64,000 nucleotides of DNA, from the IMG/VR virus record IMGVR_UViG_3300009151_000041, positions 39,144-103,143 of that record. One strand, written 5' to 3'. Numbering within the stretch: the first letter of the stretch is position 1; each line of letters begins with the position of its first letter. This stretch comes from a virus. This document shows positions 45,748 to 54,116 of the stretch, piece by piece. The position numbers were made by a program, and so were the translations under genes. The notes under the pieces were generated by a model that had not been told where the DNA came from, made no database searches, and was given only the letters and a program-made list of their open reading frames with translations.

Positions 45748-46008
45748 CTATATTTTATTATTTAGGTCAGTTATCAGACGGTAACTTGTCCAACTTGGAT
45801 GTTTTGAATTGTTTATCCAAGTCATAGCAAACAATGTGTAAGATTCGTCTGCGTCAAATGTGACTCGCAAGGTGTATTTGAATATTTTGGTGCGATATTT
45901 AATATTGTATTTTGCCGCCCATGAACTCAATTTGTTTCGAACTAAGCCTAATGCATAATTTGCTGCCTGGCCCCCTGCACCTCTGGGCAACTGAAACTCG
46001 ATGTACAT
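45748..46008 (-). CDS. hypothetical protein, possible divergent F-x-L-K-W family member
   Basis: RVTFDADESYTLFAMTW. Confidence 0.5.
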   Translation of the reverse strand: MYIEFQLPRGAGGQAANYALGLVRNKLSSWAAKYNIKYRTKIFKYTLRVTFDADESYTLFAMTWINNSKHPSWTSYRLITDLNNKI

Positions 46009-46232
46009 TAGTACATTTTTTTAGGCAGGGCCTGGTCGGCTAGTTGTCTGCGCCAACGATTTTTGGCAGCACTGCGTTTGAGCTTGCGGGCGGTAGTTGG
46101 CTTGGTGTAGAATTCACGATCTCTTAGATCGTTAAGAATACCAGATAACTGAATTTTTTTCTTGAATTTGCGCAGGGCTTTTTCTACATTACCGTCAGCG
46201 ACTATTACTGATCTTCCTCGCAATTTGCTCAT
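46008..46232 (-). CDS. rpsU: ribosomal protein bS21
   Basis: NVEKALRKFKKK...REFYTKPTTARK. Confidence 0.9.
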   Translation of the reverse strand: MSKLRGRSVIVADGNVEKALRKFKKKIQLSGILNDLRDREFYTKPTTARKLKRSAAKNRWRRQLADQALPKKMY

Positions 46233-47430
46233 TGGGTGCCTTTAATTCTATAGGAATATTTACCAGGCCATCGGTTATTTTTACCTGGTCTATTCCTTGT
46301 TCTTTGTAACGTGCCAGGTTAAACATGTGTGGCAGTAGCACACGTTCCAGTTCACTGTGCAGGCCACGAGCTCCTGTTTTGTTTTTTAATGTGTTCTTGG
46401 CCACTTGCTCTAGAGCTGTTTTATCAAATTCTAATGCAACTTGATCTTGCACAAACAACCATTTGTATTGATCTACATAACTGTGTTTGATTTCTGTTAG
46501 AATAGATATCAAATCTTTTAGAGCAAGTTCGTTTAACGCAACCCAACTTGGAAAACGTCCCACAAACTCTGGAATCATGCCAAATTTAACCAGGTCGTCA
46601 GGAGTTACTTGATCAAGGTCGCCGGCACGATCTGATGACACTTCGGCTTGGAATCCAATTGATGTGCCACGAATACGACTCTTCACAATATTGTCCAGGC
46701 CCACAAAGGCGCCGCCAGCAATAAACAAAATGTTAGTGGTATCAATTTCCACAGTTTCGCCGTTGGGATGTTTGCGACCTCCTGTGGGTGTGATTCTGCA
46801 TTTGGTGCCTTCTACTAACTTGAGCAAGGCCTGTTGCACCCCTTCGCCCGATACATCTCTTGTGATGCTTTGGCTTTCTGAACGTCGACTGATTTTGTCA
46901 ATCTCGTCTACAAACACAATACCACGTTGTGTTTTTTCGATGTCATTGCCCGAGGCAGTATACAGACGTGAAATTAAACTTTCAACGTCATCACCTACAT
47001 ATCCTGCTTCAGTCAGTGATGTAGCATCAGCAATCACAAACGGCACATCCAAGTATCTTGCTACTGATCGAGCCAACAATGTTTTGCCAGATCCTGTGGG
47101 ACCTAGCATGAGAATGTTGACTTTTTCAATTTCAGTGTTTTTGTCTTGATTGCCTATGCGTTTGTAGTGGTTGGCAATTGCCACGCTCAATACCATTTTG
47201 GCTTGACCTTGTCCTATAACATATTGATCAAGATGTTTTAAGATAGCTCTAGGATCAAGACTGATAGTCTGCGTTGTAGGAGTAAGTATATGTTCGTCTA
47301 CTAGAAGAGTTTGGCAAAGTTCCACACACTCGTTACAGATGGCAACATCTTCGCCCACTATTAACTTGACCACTGCATCTTTGTGCTTGCCACAAAAACT
47401 ACAATTATCTAAATTTTCGGTTTGTTTCAT
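46195..47430 (-). CDS. clpX: ATP-dependent Clp protease ATPase subunit ClpX
   Basis: CSFCGK zinc finger, GPTGSGKT, EAGYVG, DEIDK, RKHP, IGF loop, GARGL. Confidence 0.96.
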   Translation of the reverse strand: MKQTENLDNCSFCGKHKDAVVKLIVGEDVAICNECVELCQTLLVDEHILTPTTQTISLDPRAILKHLDQYVIGQGQAKMVLSVAIANHYKRIGNQDKNTEIEKVNILMLGPTGSGKTLLARSVARYLDVPFVIADATSLTEAGYVGDDVESLISRLYTASGNDIEKTQRGIVFVDEIDKISRRSESQSITRDVSGEGVQQALLKLVEGTKCRITPTGGRKHPNGETVEIDTTNILFIAGGAFVGLDNIVKSRIRGTSIGFQAEVSSDRAGDLDQVTPDDLVKFGMIPEFVGRFPSWVALNELALKDLISILTEIKHSYVDQYKWLFVQDQVALEFDKTALEQVAKNTLKNKTGARGLHSELERVLLPHMFNLARYKEQGIDQVKITDGLVNIPIELKAPNEQIARKISNSR

Positions 47431-48884
47431 GCGTTGGTATTGGTTGGTTTTAGACGTTCTGATACTTGTTCTCTCTCAATGTCACTCAACAAATCTGGAT
47501 CATATTCACCAGTGGCGATCTTGTCAATGAGGTGATCAATGTATGCTGTGTCGTAAGTATAGTTATCTGTAGAATTTTTGTCAATAATAATCCACTCGTC
47601 TCCGTTGAATTTGTACAACTGTGGAGGCATGCGATCAGTTTTTACAAAGGTGTCACCTCGATTGGGTGCTGCCGGAAACTCTCTACCAAAACTGGTTTGA
47701 GTGTACTTGGGATCAGTCCAGGGCAATTGATCAATTTGCCCTCGGGTCAATTTAACTCTTTGTGCTTTGATAGTTTCATCAGGATGTTCCATTTTCCAAC
47801 GGCGCATGGCTTCTTTGTCGGTTTCATCAGCTGAATCGAGTGCATCAATTTCTTCCTCAGTCCAAGCACGGAGTTCTATGCCCGGTATTTCTTCCGGAGG
47901 CTGAATACCCATTGCGGCCTCATCTTCTCGGACGGGATCTGGTGCTACCATGGGCTTGAGATTTTGAAAGTGATCAAATGGCCGGGCAAGATAAGGATAG
48001 CGTTCGTTCCATGGACGATTGTCTTCAGGTGGCTCAGAACTGGCTTGAATCTGTTCAATTTGGTCATCAGTAACGGGTCCGTCGTCAGGTTCATACTGGG
48101 GCTCATCATGCACAAACCCACCTGTACCTTGTCGTGCCCATTCAAACTGTTTGTTTGCCGCTAGAATAAGTGTAAGCGCCAAGGGATCAAACACCAACAC
48201 AATCATTATGATCATCCAACGCACTGCACGTTCCAATAGATTGGCATCAGGATTGTCTCCGTACAGCAAGGCCGCAATGTATTTTATTGGTCCAACCTCT
48301 GCCTCCACTTTTCGGACCTCGGCGGCAATAGGCGCACGTTCATCGTTAAGTCCCGCGATAGACTTTTGCGACTGTGATATTTCTGATTGAAGGCGAGCAC
48401 GCTCTTTCTGCTGGGTTCTTCGCATAGCCACAGCTTTTTCGGCACCCGTTTCTGTTGTTGAGCGGCCCAATACTTGATCCACTCCCTCATCCATTTGTTT
48501 AAGCGCCTTACGGTTTGCTTCAATATTCTCTTTTTCGGTTTTGATCTTTTCATCATATATTGCAATCTTGCTAGTAACATCGCCTGACACCAGGCTTTGA
48601 TCTGAGTGTGCCTTTGACAAATAGCCAAATATACCCATGCTGGTCAGTATCATTAGGAATGCTATGGCCGGTATCAAATACAGTTTGAACACAATACCAG
48701 CACGGCGCCAGTTGTTGTGCAACCATACAGTGGCAACAATTTTGCCCAGTTCTAGCGAACCGCCCATGATGATCACAGGTATTGTGGCCGCTGAGAATAT
48801 AGCAGTAAGGCCTGCTACTGAGTACCAGGCTGCTACGCCGCTTAAGAGTAATGCGGTGGCGAGAATACCAAATCCAAATATCAT
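47427..48884 (-). CDS. membrane coiled-coil phage protein
   Basis: N-terminal TMs, GIFGYLSKAH, EVGPIKYIA, VFDPLA; TAAATA upstream. Confidence 0.65.
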   Translation of the reverse strand: MIFGFGILATALLLSGVAAWYSVAGLTAIFSAATIPVIIMGGSLELGKIVATVWLHNNWRRAGIVFKLYLIPAIAFLMILTSMGIFGYLSKAHSDQSLVSGDVTSKIAIYDEKIKTEKENIEANRKALKQMDEGVDQVLGRSTTETGAEKAVAMRRTQQKERARLQSEISQSQKSIAGLNDERAPIAAEVRKVEAEVGPIKYIAALLYGDNPDANLLERAVRWMIIMIVLVFDPLALTLILAANKQFEWARQGTGGFVHDEPQYEPDDGPVTDDQIEQIQASSEPPEDNRPWNERYPYLARPFDHFQNLKPMVAPDPVREDEAAMGIQPPEEIPGIELRAWTEEEIDALDSADETDKEAMRRWKMEHPDETIKAQRVKLTRGQIDQLPWTDPKYTQTSFGREFPAAPNRGDTFVKTDRMPPQLYKFNGDEWIIIDKNSTDNYTYDTAYIDHLIDKIATGEYDPDLLSDIEREQVSERLKPTNTNA

Positions 48885-48889
48885 AAAAA

Positions 48890-49210
48890 TTATTTACCAG
48901 GCGGAGGCATGGCAATCACCGCATGCTTTACTGCCACCCATGTGGCAAAGGTCTGATCCGGCACTTCAAACCATACAGGCACTGGTTGCAACGAAATCCC
49001 CCACAATGTAGTGTGTTCTAATCTGCGTTTTACTCTGCTTTGGGTGCGCCAGTTTTTTCCAAACATCACTCTAGCCTCTTTCATGATTGCATACCATTCT
49101 TTAACAGTATGCAATCGAAACCAAATACGGTGCATGACCAAAGGCGTTACATTAAGCGAGTCAAGTGACTCAGGGATACTCAACGCAGAGCCCTCAATTT
49201 TGACAGTCAT
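48890..49210 (-). CDS. hypothetical protein
   Basis: Start MTVKIEG after the structured leader; C-terminus WFEVPDQTFATWVAVK. Confidence 0.55.
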   Translation of the reverse strand: MTVKIEGSALSIPESLDSLNVTPLVMHRIWFRLHTVKEWYAIMKEARVMFGKNWRTQSRVKRRLEHTTLWGISLQPVPVWFEVPDQTFATWVAVKHAVIAMPPPGK

Positions 49211-49391
49211 TTCTAACCTTTCCAGATTTATCCTCTCGGCATACTCCCAGGGTATCAGCCTGGTTTTGATCCTAAGATCGAGGTCCTTGTCGCAACCTAC
49301 AGGATTTACGTCCACTTGCCACGGTTCAAGCAGGCCCAGGTTATCGATTCACCCCGCCCCACCATAGACTACCCAATCTCTTTGATCATGC
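49211..49391 (-). ncRNA. candidate structured RNA or long structured leader
   Basis: Own TTGACA-17-TATAAT promoter at 49398-49426; nested helices read by eye. Confidence 0.5.
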
Positions 49392-49422
49392 ACAGTAATT
49401 ATAACAACACTTGAGGTGGCTG

Positions 49423-49884
49423 TCAAGTGTTTTGTTTTTGTTTGACAAGATTGCAAACTGTTTGAAACTGCTCGTATGCATCACGCACAGCCGGGTGACT
49501 CATTAATTTATCTGCTTCTGCAATCATGGTGTTGATGCCTGCTTCTGCATGATCTCGAGCACTGCCATAGGTCAACGGACACAAGTCATCACCAAACTCT
49601 TTGGCCAATTTTTCCCAGGCTTTCTTTTGTCCGGGAGTGAGAGGAGTACGCTGTGGCCGCATTTCACTGGCTTTACGTATGGATTCACAGATGCCATCTT
49701 CGGCCAGTCGCCCTGCCGCAATCATTGCGGCATAGTTAGGGTCAATGTTGTAGCGTCGGCTTTGTCCACCTGGGTAGCACATAACAATGTGTGTGCCCTT
49801 GCCGAAACTGTCCAAGTACTCACTGTCATATTCACTCACAGGCACATACCTGCGGCCCTTTTTTTCATAGTAGATCTTTTTCAT
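49423..49884 (-). CDS. conserved phage hypothetical protein
   Basis: YEKKGRRYVPVSEYD...IDPNYAAMIAA. Confidence 0.6.
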   Translation of the reverse strand: MKKIYYEKKGRRYVPVSEYDSEYLDSFGKGTHIVMCYPGGQSRRYNIDPNYAAMIAAGRLAEDGICESIRKASEMRPQRTPLTPGQKKAWEKLAKEFGDDLCPLTYGSARDHAEAGINTMIAEADKLMSHPAVRDAYEQFQTVCNLVKQKQNT

Positions 49885-51248
49885 TAAAAACTCCATTGTG
49901 TTCGAGCATAGGCCACATAAACTTTACCACCAACACGCAGATCTAAAACATCCGATGATGTGGCTATAATAAAATTCCATTTGTCATTAACGTTAATAGG
50001 CATCATTATACCGGAGGTATTAGAATTTACACCGTTTAACTTTGAGTGTTGCAACACCAAATCATTAAAATATTCTCGACGACTTTGTTTAAATTTGCCT
50101 GTACCGTCATTCAGCCAAACTTGGTTACCACTTTCTGTGCGATTGGTATTCATCAACCAAATGTCTGGGTGCCCGTCACCATTAAAGTCCATGACCTTGG
50201 GTGTGTAACTGGCTAACGCACCCTGATCGTATCCGGACATGCTGATATCTGTTGCATCACTAAAAACATAGCCACCAAGATTGTAATAAATTTGTACCAT
50301 GCTTTGAGCACCAATTAATCTAGTTACTGTATTATCATTAAGATAACTTACAACCACCACATCCTTACGCCCATCACCATTAACATCTACAATTTGACAG
50401 CTTACATCATGACTTCGATTCACTGTGGCATCAGTGTTGTTTTTGTCAAAATATGGCACTGGCAAAGCCCCTTGGTATATAGGCTCCATGTTGGCATTCA
50501 ACTTGTAGATTAGTTGGCTGGCTTGAAGTCCAGTTTGATCAGTTAGCACCACTTGAGCAGCACCAGACCCATCTAAGTCGCCTGCACACACTCCAGCACC
50601 GGCAAGAGGATACTTAATAGTGCGCGATGTGTCCTTAGGCCTGTAAGTAAATCCACCTGCTTGATTGTTTATCCACATCTCTCCATTGCTGTTAAGCACA
50701 TCTAACCACCCATCTTGGTTGGCGTCTAGCACAGTGGTTCCATGATTCCAAGTCAACCCAGCTAGATCTACTCGTTGATGGCTTTGCCCGGCTCTGCTTA
50801 GGAACACCACTGATGGATTATTTTGCAACAAGTTAGCACCGTCGGTAAATCCTGGAAAGAATATGTCATCAATGCCATCGCGGTTAAAGTCGGCTATCTG
50901 TGGGTAGTTAACTGACCACCCAAACTCGCTACCTAACACATCGGCAGTGGCATCTGTGATTGTACCTGTGGCCCATTGTGGTCTTGGTCCGGTACCAGAT
51001 AATCGATAAATTTTAACAGTAGGAGTTGGCGAACTGTTGACTAACCATCCGCTAACCAATACATATTGATCGCCAGTATTGTCAAACTTGCCGGTAGCTA
51101 GACTAGGCACAAACGCACTGGGTATTGATATTGAGTCGGCAGCAACAAGTATAGAAGTTACCGGCATACCATTGTTGGCACTTCCACCTCCACCTCCACC
51201 ACATCCTGTTAGAGCCACTGCCAGTGCAGGGATTACAAGTTTCCACAT
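49884..51248 (-). CDS. lipoprotein with FG-GAP/VCBS-like repeats
   Basis: LTGC lipobox, poly-Gly linker, DFNRDGIDD, DANQDGWLD, DVNGDGRKD, DFNGDGHPD. Confidence 0.8.
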   Translation of the reverse strand: MWKLVIPALAVALTGCGGGGGGSANNGMPVTSILVAADSISIPSAFVPSLATGKFDNTGDQYVLVSGWLVNSSPTPTVKIYRLSGTGPRPQWATGTITDATADVLGSEFGWSVNYPQIADFNRDGIDDIFFPGFTDGANLLQNNPSVVFLSRAGQSHQRVDLAGLTWNHGTTVLDANQDGWLDVLNSNGEMWINNQAGGFTYRPKDTSRTIKYPLAGAGVCAGDLDGSGAAQVVLTDQTGLQASQLIYKLNANMEPIYQGALPVPYFDKNNTDATVNRSHDVSCQIVDVNGDGRKDVVVVSYLNDNTVTRLIGAQSMVQIYYNLGGYVFSDATDISMSGYDQGALASYTPKVMDFNGDGHPDIWLMNTNRTESGNQVWLNDGTGKFKQSRREYFNDLVLQHSKLNGVNSNTSGIMMPINVNDKWNFIIATSSDVLDLRVGGKVYVAYARTQWSF

Positions 51249-51265
51249 GGGAATCTCCTAGTTGA

Positions 51266-51673
51266 TTAATACGTTTGATCTAGTGTGACATTGGTTAACC
51301 CAGCAACCATTTGGAATTTGTTCCAAGCATCTTTTACTGTGGGATTGGCATCCAGTTCTTCGCTGGACAATACTGTTTCCAACCAGTGATAGCTGTGGCG
51401 ACGAGGACGAGCTCCAAACTTGCGTGGTTGATGGAACCGGCCAGTTTCCCAAAGTGCAATACTAACTAGTCGATAGTGACCATCATCCTGATCCCTGCAA
51501 TCCCACCACTCAGGATTTAATCCATAACGATAACCAAGCCAAATATCCGCCCACTGCTTGTCGTCATTCGGGTCAAAATCTGTGCGGGAGATCACCACCA
51601 GCACATCATTTATGTCCACGCGACCTTGCACAATGTCTCGAACACAACGACTATAGCTCAGTCCAATTTTCAT
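51266..51673 (-). CDS. hypothetical protein
   Basis: MKIGLSYSRCVRDI...FHQPR; ATGA coupling to ligase. Confidence 0.6.
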   Translation of the reverse strand: MKIGLSYSRCVRDIVQGRVDINDVLVVISRTDFDPNDDKQWADIWLGYRYGLNPEWWDCRDQDDGHYRLVSIALWETGRFHQPRKFGARPRRHSYHWLETVLSSEELDANPTVKDAWNKFQMVAGLTNVTLDQTY

Positions 51674-53043
51674 ACTTTATCACCTGCTTCAAAGTCACGG
51701 AATCTCAAGAACCGGGGGAATCGGAGACTGTAGGTTCCGTCTTGATTTTGGGTGACTGCGTCTGCTTGGACTTCAACCAAGTGACCAAGCAACTGATCCC
51801 TACTGGCCCAATACTCATCACGAAGAGTATCACTAAAGCCACTGCCAACATTAACGCAAATTCTACGGTCATTGTCATCTCCTTCACATATTATAGCACC
51901 CAAGCGGTTTTTGTTCCTACCAGTTCCTTCTTCAAAGCCCACAATGTTCAAATCAACACTAATGGTAGGTTTCCATTTCATCCACGAGTCCGACCGCTTG
52001 CACTGATAAGGTGCGTCCAGGCTCTTGATCATGATGCCTTCGAAGCCACCTTCTACGGCAGCTTCAGCATAGCGTTGCATGATATCATGCCCTTCGGCTG
52101 TGTCCAGATCCACATCCAATCCGGGCATGATGCGCAGACATGCAGTTTCTTCCAAGCCAGCACGAGCCGCTTCTAACCATTCCAGTCTCTTGTACTGCTG
52201 TACATTCCAATGCCCTTCTTTGAAGGCATCAAGTGGGATGATATCAAAAATGTGATATACCATGCCTGTGGTTTCGGCATTTGATTTGCGATGTGCTTGG
52301 CGCATGAGTTGTTGGAAACTTTCACCCACAATCTCACCATCCAACACATAATGTCCACCGGTGCCACGACCGTGTTGAAAGTGCTTGCGAGCATCTTCGA
52401 TAGCGTCGGCAACCTGCGGAAAGTTCTCAAACTCTTTACCATTGCGGCTGTATAGTGTGACTGTGGCGCCACTAACCACTGCCAACACACGCACTCCGTC
52501 TAACTTGCACTCTAGACGCTTGATGCCTTTCATTTTCTTGGGATGATCTGTTGAGTCCTGTGCTAACTGACATGAAAATACGGGAATCCGGTATTCAGTT
52601 CGGCCCACAACCTTGTTGATAGTCTTTTCAGAGACACCACATCGCAGATCTTTGATCAACACACGGCGAGCCAACATGTTCCACTCTTCAGAGTCAAACT
52701 GCTGACTCATTCGCTCAACTGTTTCTCTAGCACGATTGCCTGTGATCGATCTAGTGCGCAGGGCTTCTAGCATAGCCCAGAATTGTGTCCAAGGATTGTC
52801 ACGCCCAGTTAAGCCCTCAGTCTCAGGTACCTGGCGGATGCCAAACACATAGAACGGATTGTAGGCTTGATAGCAATTGAACAAAAAACACTGCGCATCG
52901 GCACTGCCTAGTTTTGCGGCCATCAGGGCTTTTTCAATCACTTTTTCTTTGTGAATGCGACTGTCTGAACTTTCGAGATCGCGTATCCAACCTGCGGCCA
53001 TTATGGCATCAAACCTTGAGTGGCTGTAATCAGTTTCATTCAT
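51670..53043 (-). CDS. ATP-dependent DNA ligase
   Basis: ECKLDGVR, LDGEI, FDI, EGIMIK, WMKWK, VGSG, SLRFPRF. Confidence 0.93.
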   Translation of the reverse strand: MNETDYSHSRFDAIMAAGWIRDLESSDSRIHKEKVIEKALMAAKLGSADAQCFLFNCYQAYNPFYVFGIRQVPETEGLTGRDNPWTQFWAMLEALRTRSITGNRARETVERMSQQFDSEEWNMLARRVLIKDLRCGVSEKTINKVVGRTEYRIPVFSCQLAQDSTDHPKKMKGIKRLECKLDGVRVLAVVSGATVTLYSRNGKEFENFPQVADAIEDARKHFQHGRGTGGHYVLDGEIVGESFQQLMRQAHRKSNAETTGMVYHIFDIIPLDAFKEGHWNVQQYKRLEWLEAARAGLEETACLRIMPGLDVDLDTAEGHDIMQRYAEAAVEGGFEGIMIKSLDAPYQCKRSDSWMKWKPTISVDLNIVGFEEGTGRNKNRLGAIICEGDDNDRRICVNVGSGFSDTLRDEYWASRDQLLGHLVEVQADAVTQNQDGTYSLRFPRFLRFRDFEAGDKV

Positions 53044-53055
53044 ATACTTAACGCC

Positions 53056-53469
53056 TTACCAGGATGAGTTATAAAACACTTTCAAGCCCATGAACATTTC
53101 TGTTCTAGCGGCTTTGACGAACGCCAAGTCCCGATCGTAATAGAGTTGATCTGCTTCACTACCAAAGAAGAAACCTGATGTAGGCGGCAGTTGACGGTGT
53201 GTGACTGCTCGTTCAAGTTCATCCAAGTCCTCAGGAGCGAGTTCCATTTCAATGCCGTTGAAGCTGTCATAGCTTAATTTTTTTTGTTCTGCCAGCCGTT
53301 CCATCCAACCATGCAGGTTAGGATGCTTGCGCCAGTAGGCAATTTCACGCGGCTTATTAACTTTTGTATTCACAAACTCTCTGGAAGTTTCATTCCACTC
53401 AGCGCCGTCATAGTAGTCGCGTTGCTGACCTTCGCGGGTGGCCACATAGGCATACATATCAAGACCCAT
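53056..53469 (-). CDS. conserved phage protein (YWRKHPNLHGWM motif)
   Basis: MGLDMYAY start with SD GGAG. Confidence 0.7.
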   Translation of the reverse strand: MGLDMYAYVATREGQQRDYYDGAEWNETSREFVNTKVNKPREIAYWRKHPNLHGWMERLAEQKKLSYDSFNGIEMELAPEDLDELERAVTHRQLPPTSGFFFGSEADQLYYDRDLAFVKAARTEMFMGLKVFYNSSW

Positions 53470-53626
53470 TTTTCTCTCCTTGTTGATGACGATATTCGCG
53501 TTTGAGCCAATATTTGTATTTGTTGAAATATTCTTGCTGTGTGCCAGTAGGCTCGAACCCTTCCCACACACGAGATTCTTCCACATGTTCGTACCACATT
53601 TCACGACACCAGGCGCGGAAGTTCAT
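53459..53626 (-). CDS. 55-aa hypothetical protein
   Basis: Not in ORF track: MNFRAWCREMWYEHVEE...YFNKYKYWLKREYRHQQGEKNGS; ATGA coupling. Confidence 0.55.
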   Translation of the reverse strand: MNFRAWCREMWYEHVEESRVWEGFEPTGTQQEYFNKYKYWLKREYRHQQGEKNGS

Positions 53627-53907
53627 GCTGCCTCCAACATGTTAGCAGGCACACGCCACAAGCCTTGTGGGGTGCTCACTGTCACATACTTGATGGCAAT
53701 CTTGCTTACAGTGCCTGACATGGTCATGCCACGTTTGGTGCTATGGAACTTCACAGTGTCACCTTTTGCAAACTGACGGATATTGTGTTTACGCAGACTG
53801 GCCTTGGCAAATTGCACTGCACTGATAATGCTGTCAAGTTCAGTGTTTGAAAACTCACCAAACATGATAGCAGAATTAACTTGCTGGATCTTGGACATCT
53901 GGGTCAT
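53623..53907 (-). CDS. SH3/KOW-like early protein
   Basis: GDTVKF...GTVSKIAIKYVTV...WRVPANML; promoter at 53939-53967. Confidence 0.6.
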   Translation of the reverse strand: MTQMSKIQQVNSAIMFGEFSNTELDSIISAVQFAKASLRKHNIRQFAKGDTVKFHSTKRGMTMSGTVSKIAIKYVTVSTPQGLWRVPANMLEAA

Positions 53908-53934
53908 TTGGGGCTCCTTTGTTGCTTACTATGC

Positions 53935-54063
53935 CTAAATTATAGCAAAAACGGCTTTTCTGGTCAACCAAAATAATAACCCTACAATCACTAGGAGTTC
54001 TACCACCGTAAAATTAGTACGATAGTAGTACTTCTGTATTTGGCGTTGCATTTTGGTCCACAT
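53935..54063 (-). CDS. 42-aa membrane peptide, leaderless, overlapping cassette elements
   Basis: MWTKMQRQIQKYYYRTNFTVVELLVIVGLLFWLTRKAVFAII; promoter at 54070-54098. Confidence 0.45.
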   Translation of the reverse strand: MWTKMQRQIQKYYYRTNFTVVELLVIVGLLFWLTRKAVFAII

Positions 54064-54116
54064 GCCCTAATTATAGCGGCAATGTGTTTATTGGTCAACC
54101 AATAAAAATGTATACT

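Noticed and set aside
49245-49375. RNase P RNA assignment for the structured RNA
   Set aside because: CAAAACCAGGCUGA resembles conserved region V, but no proper GAGGAAAGUCC region or P2/P3 arrangement was found. Left unassigned.
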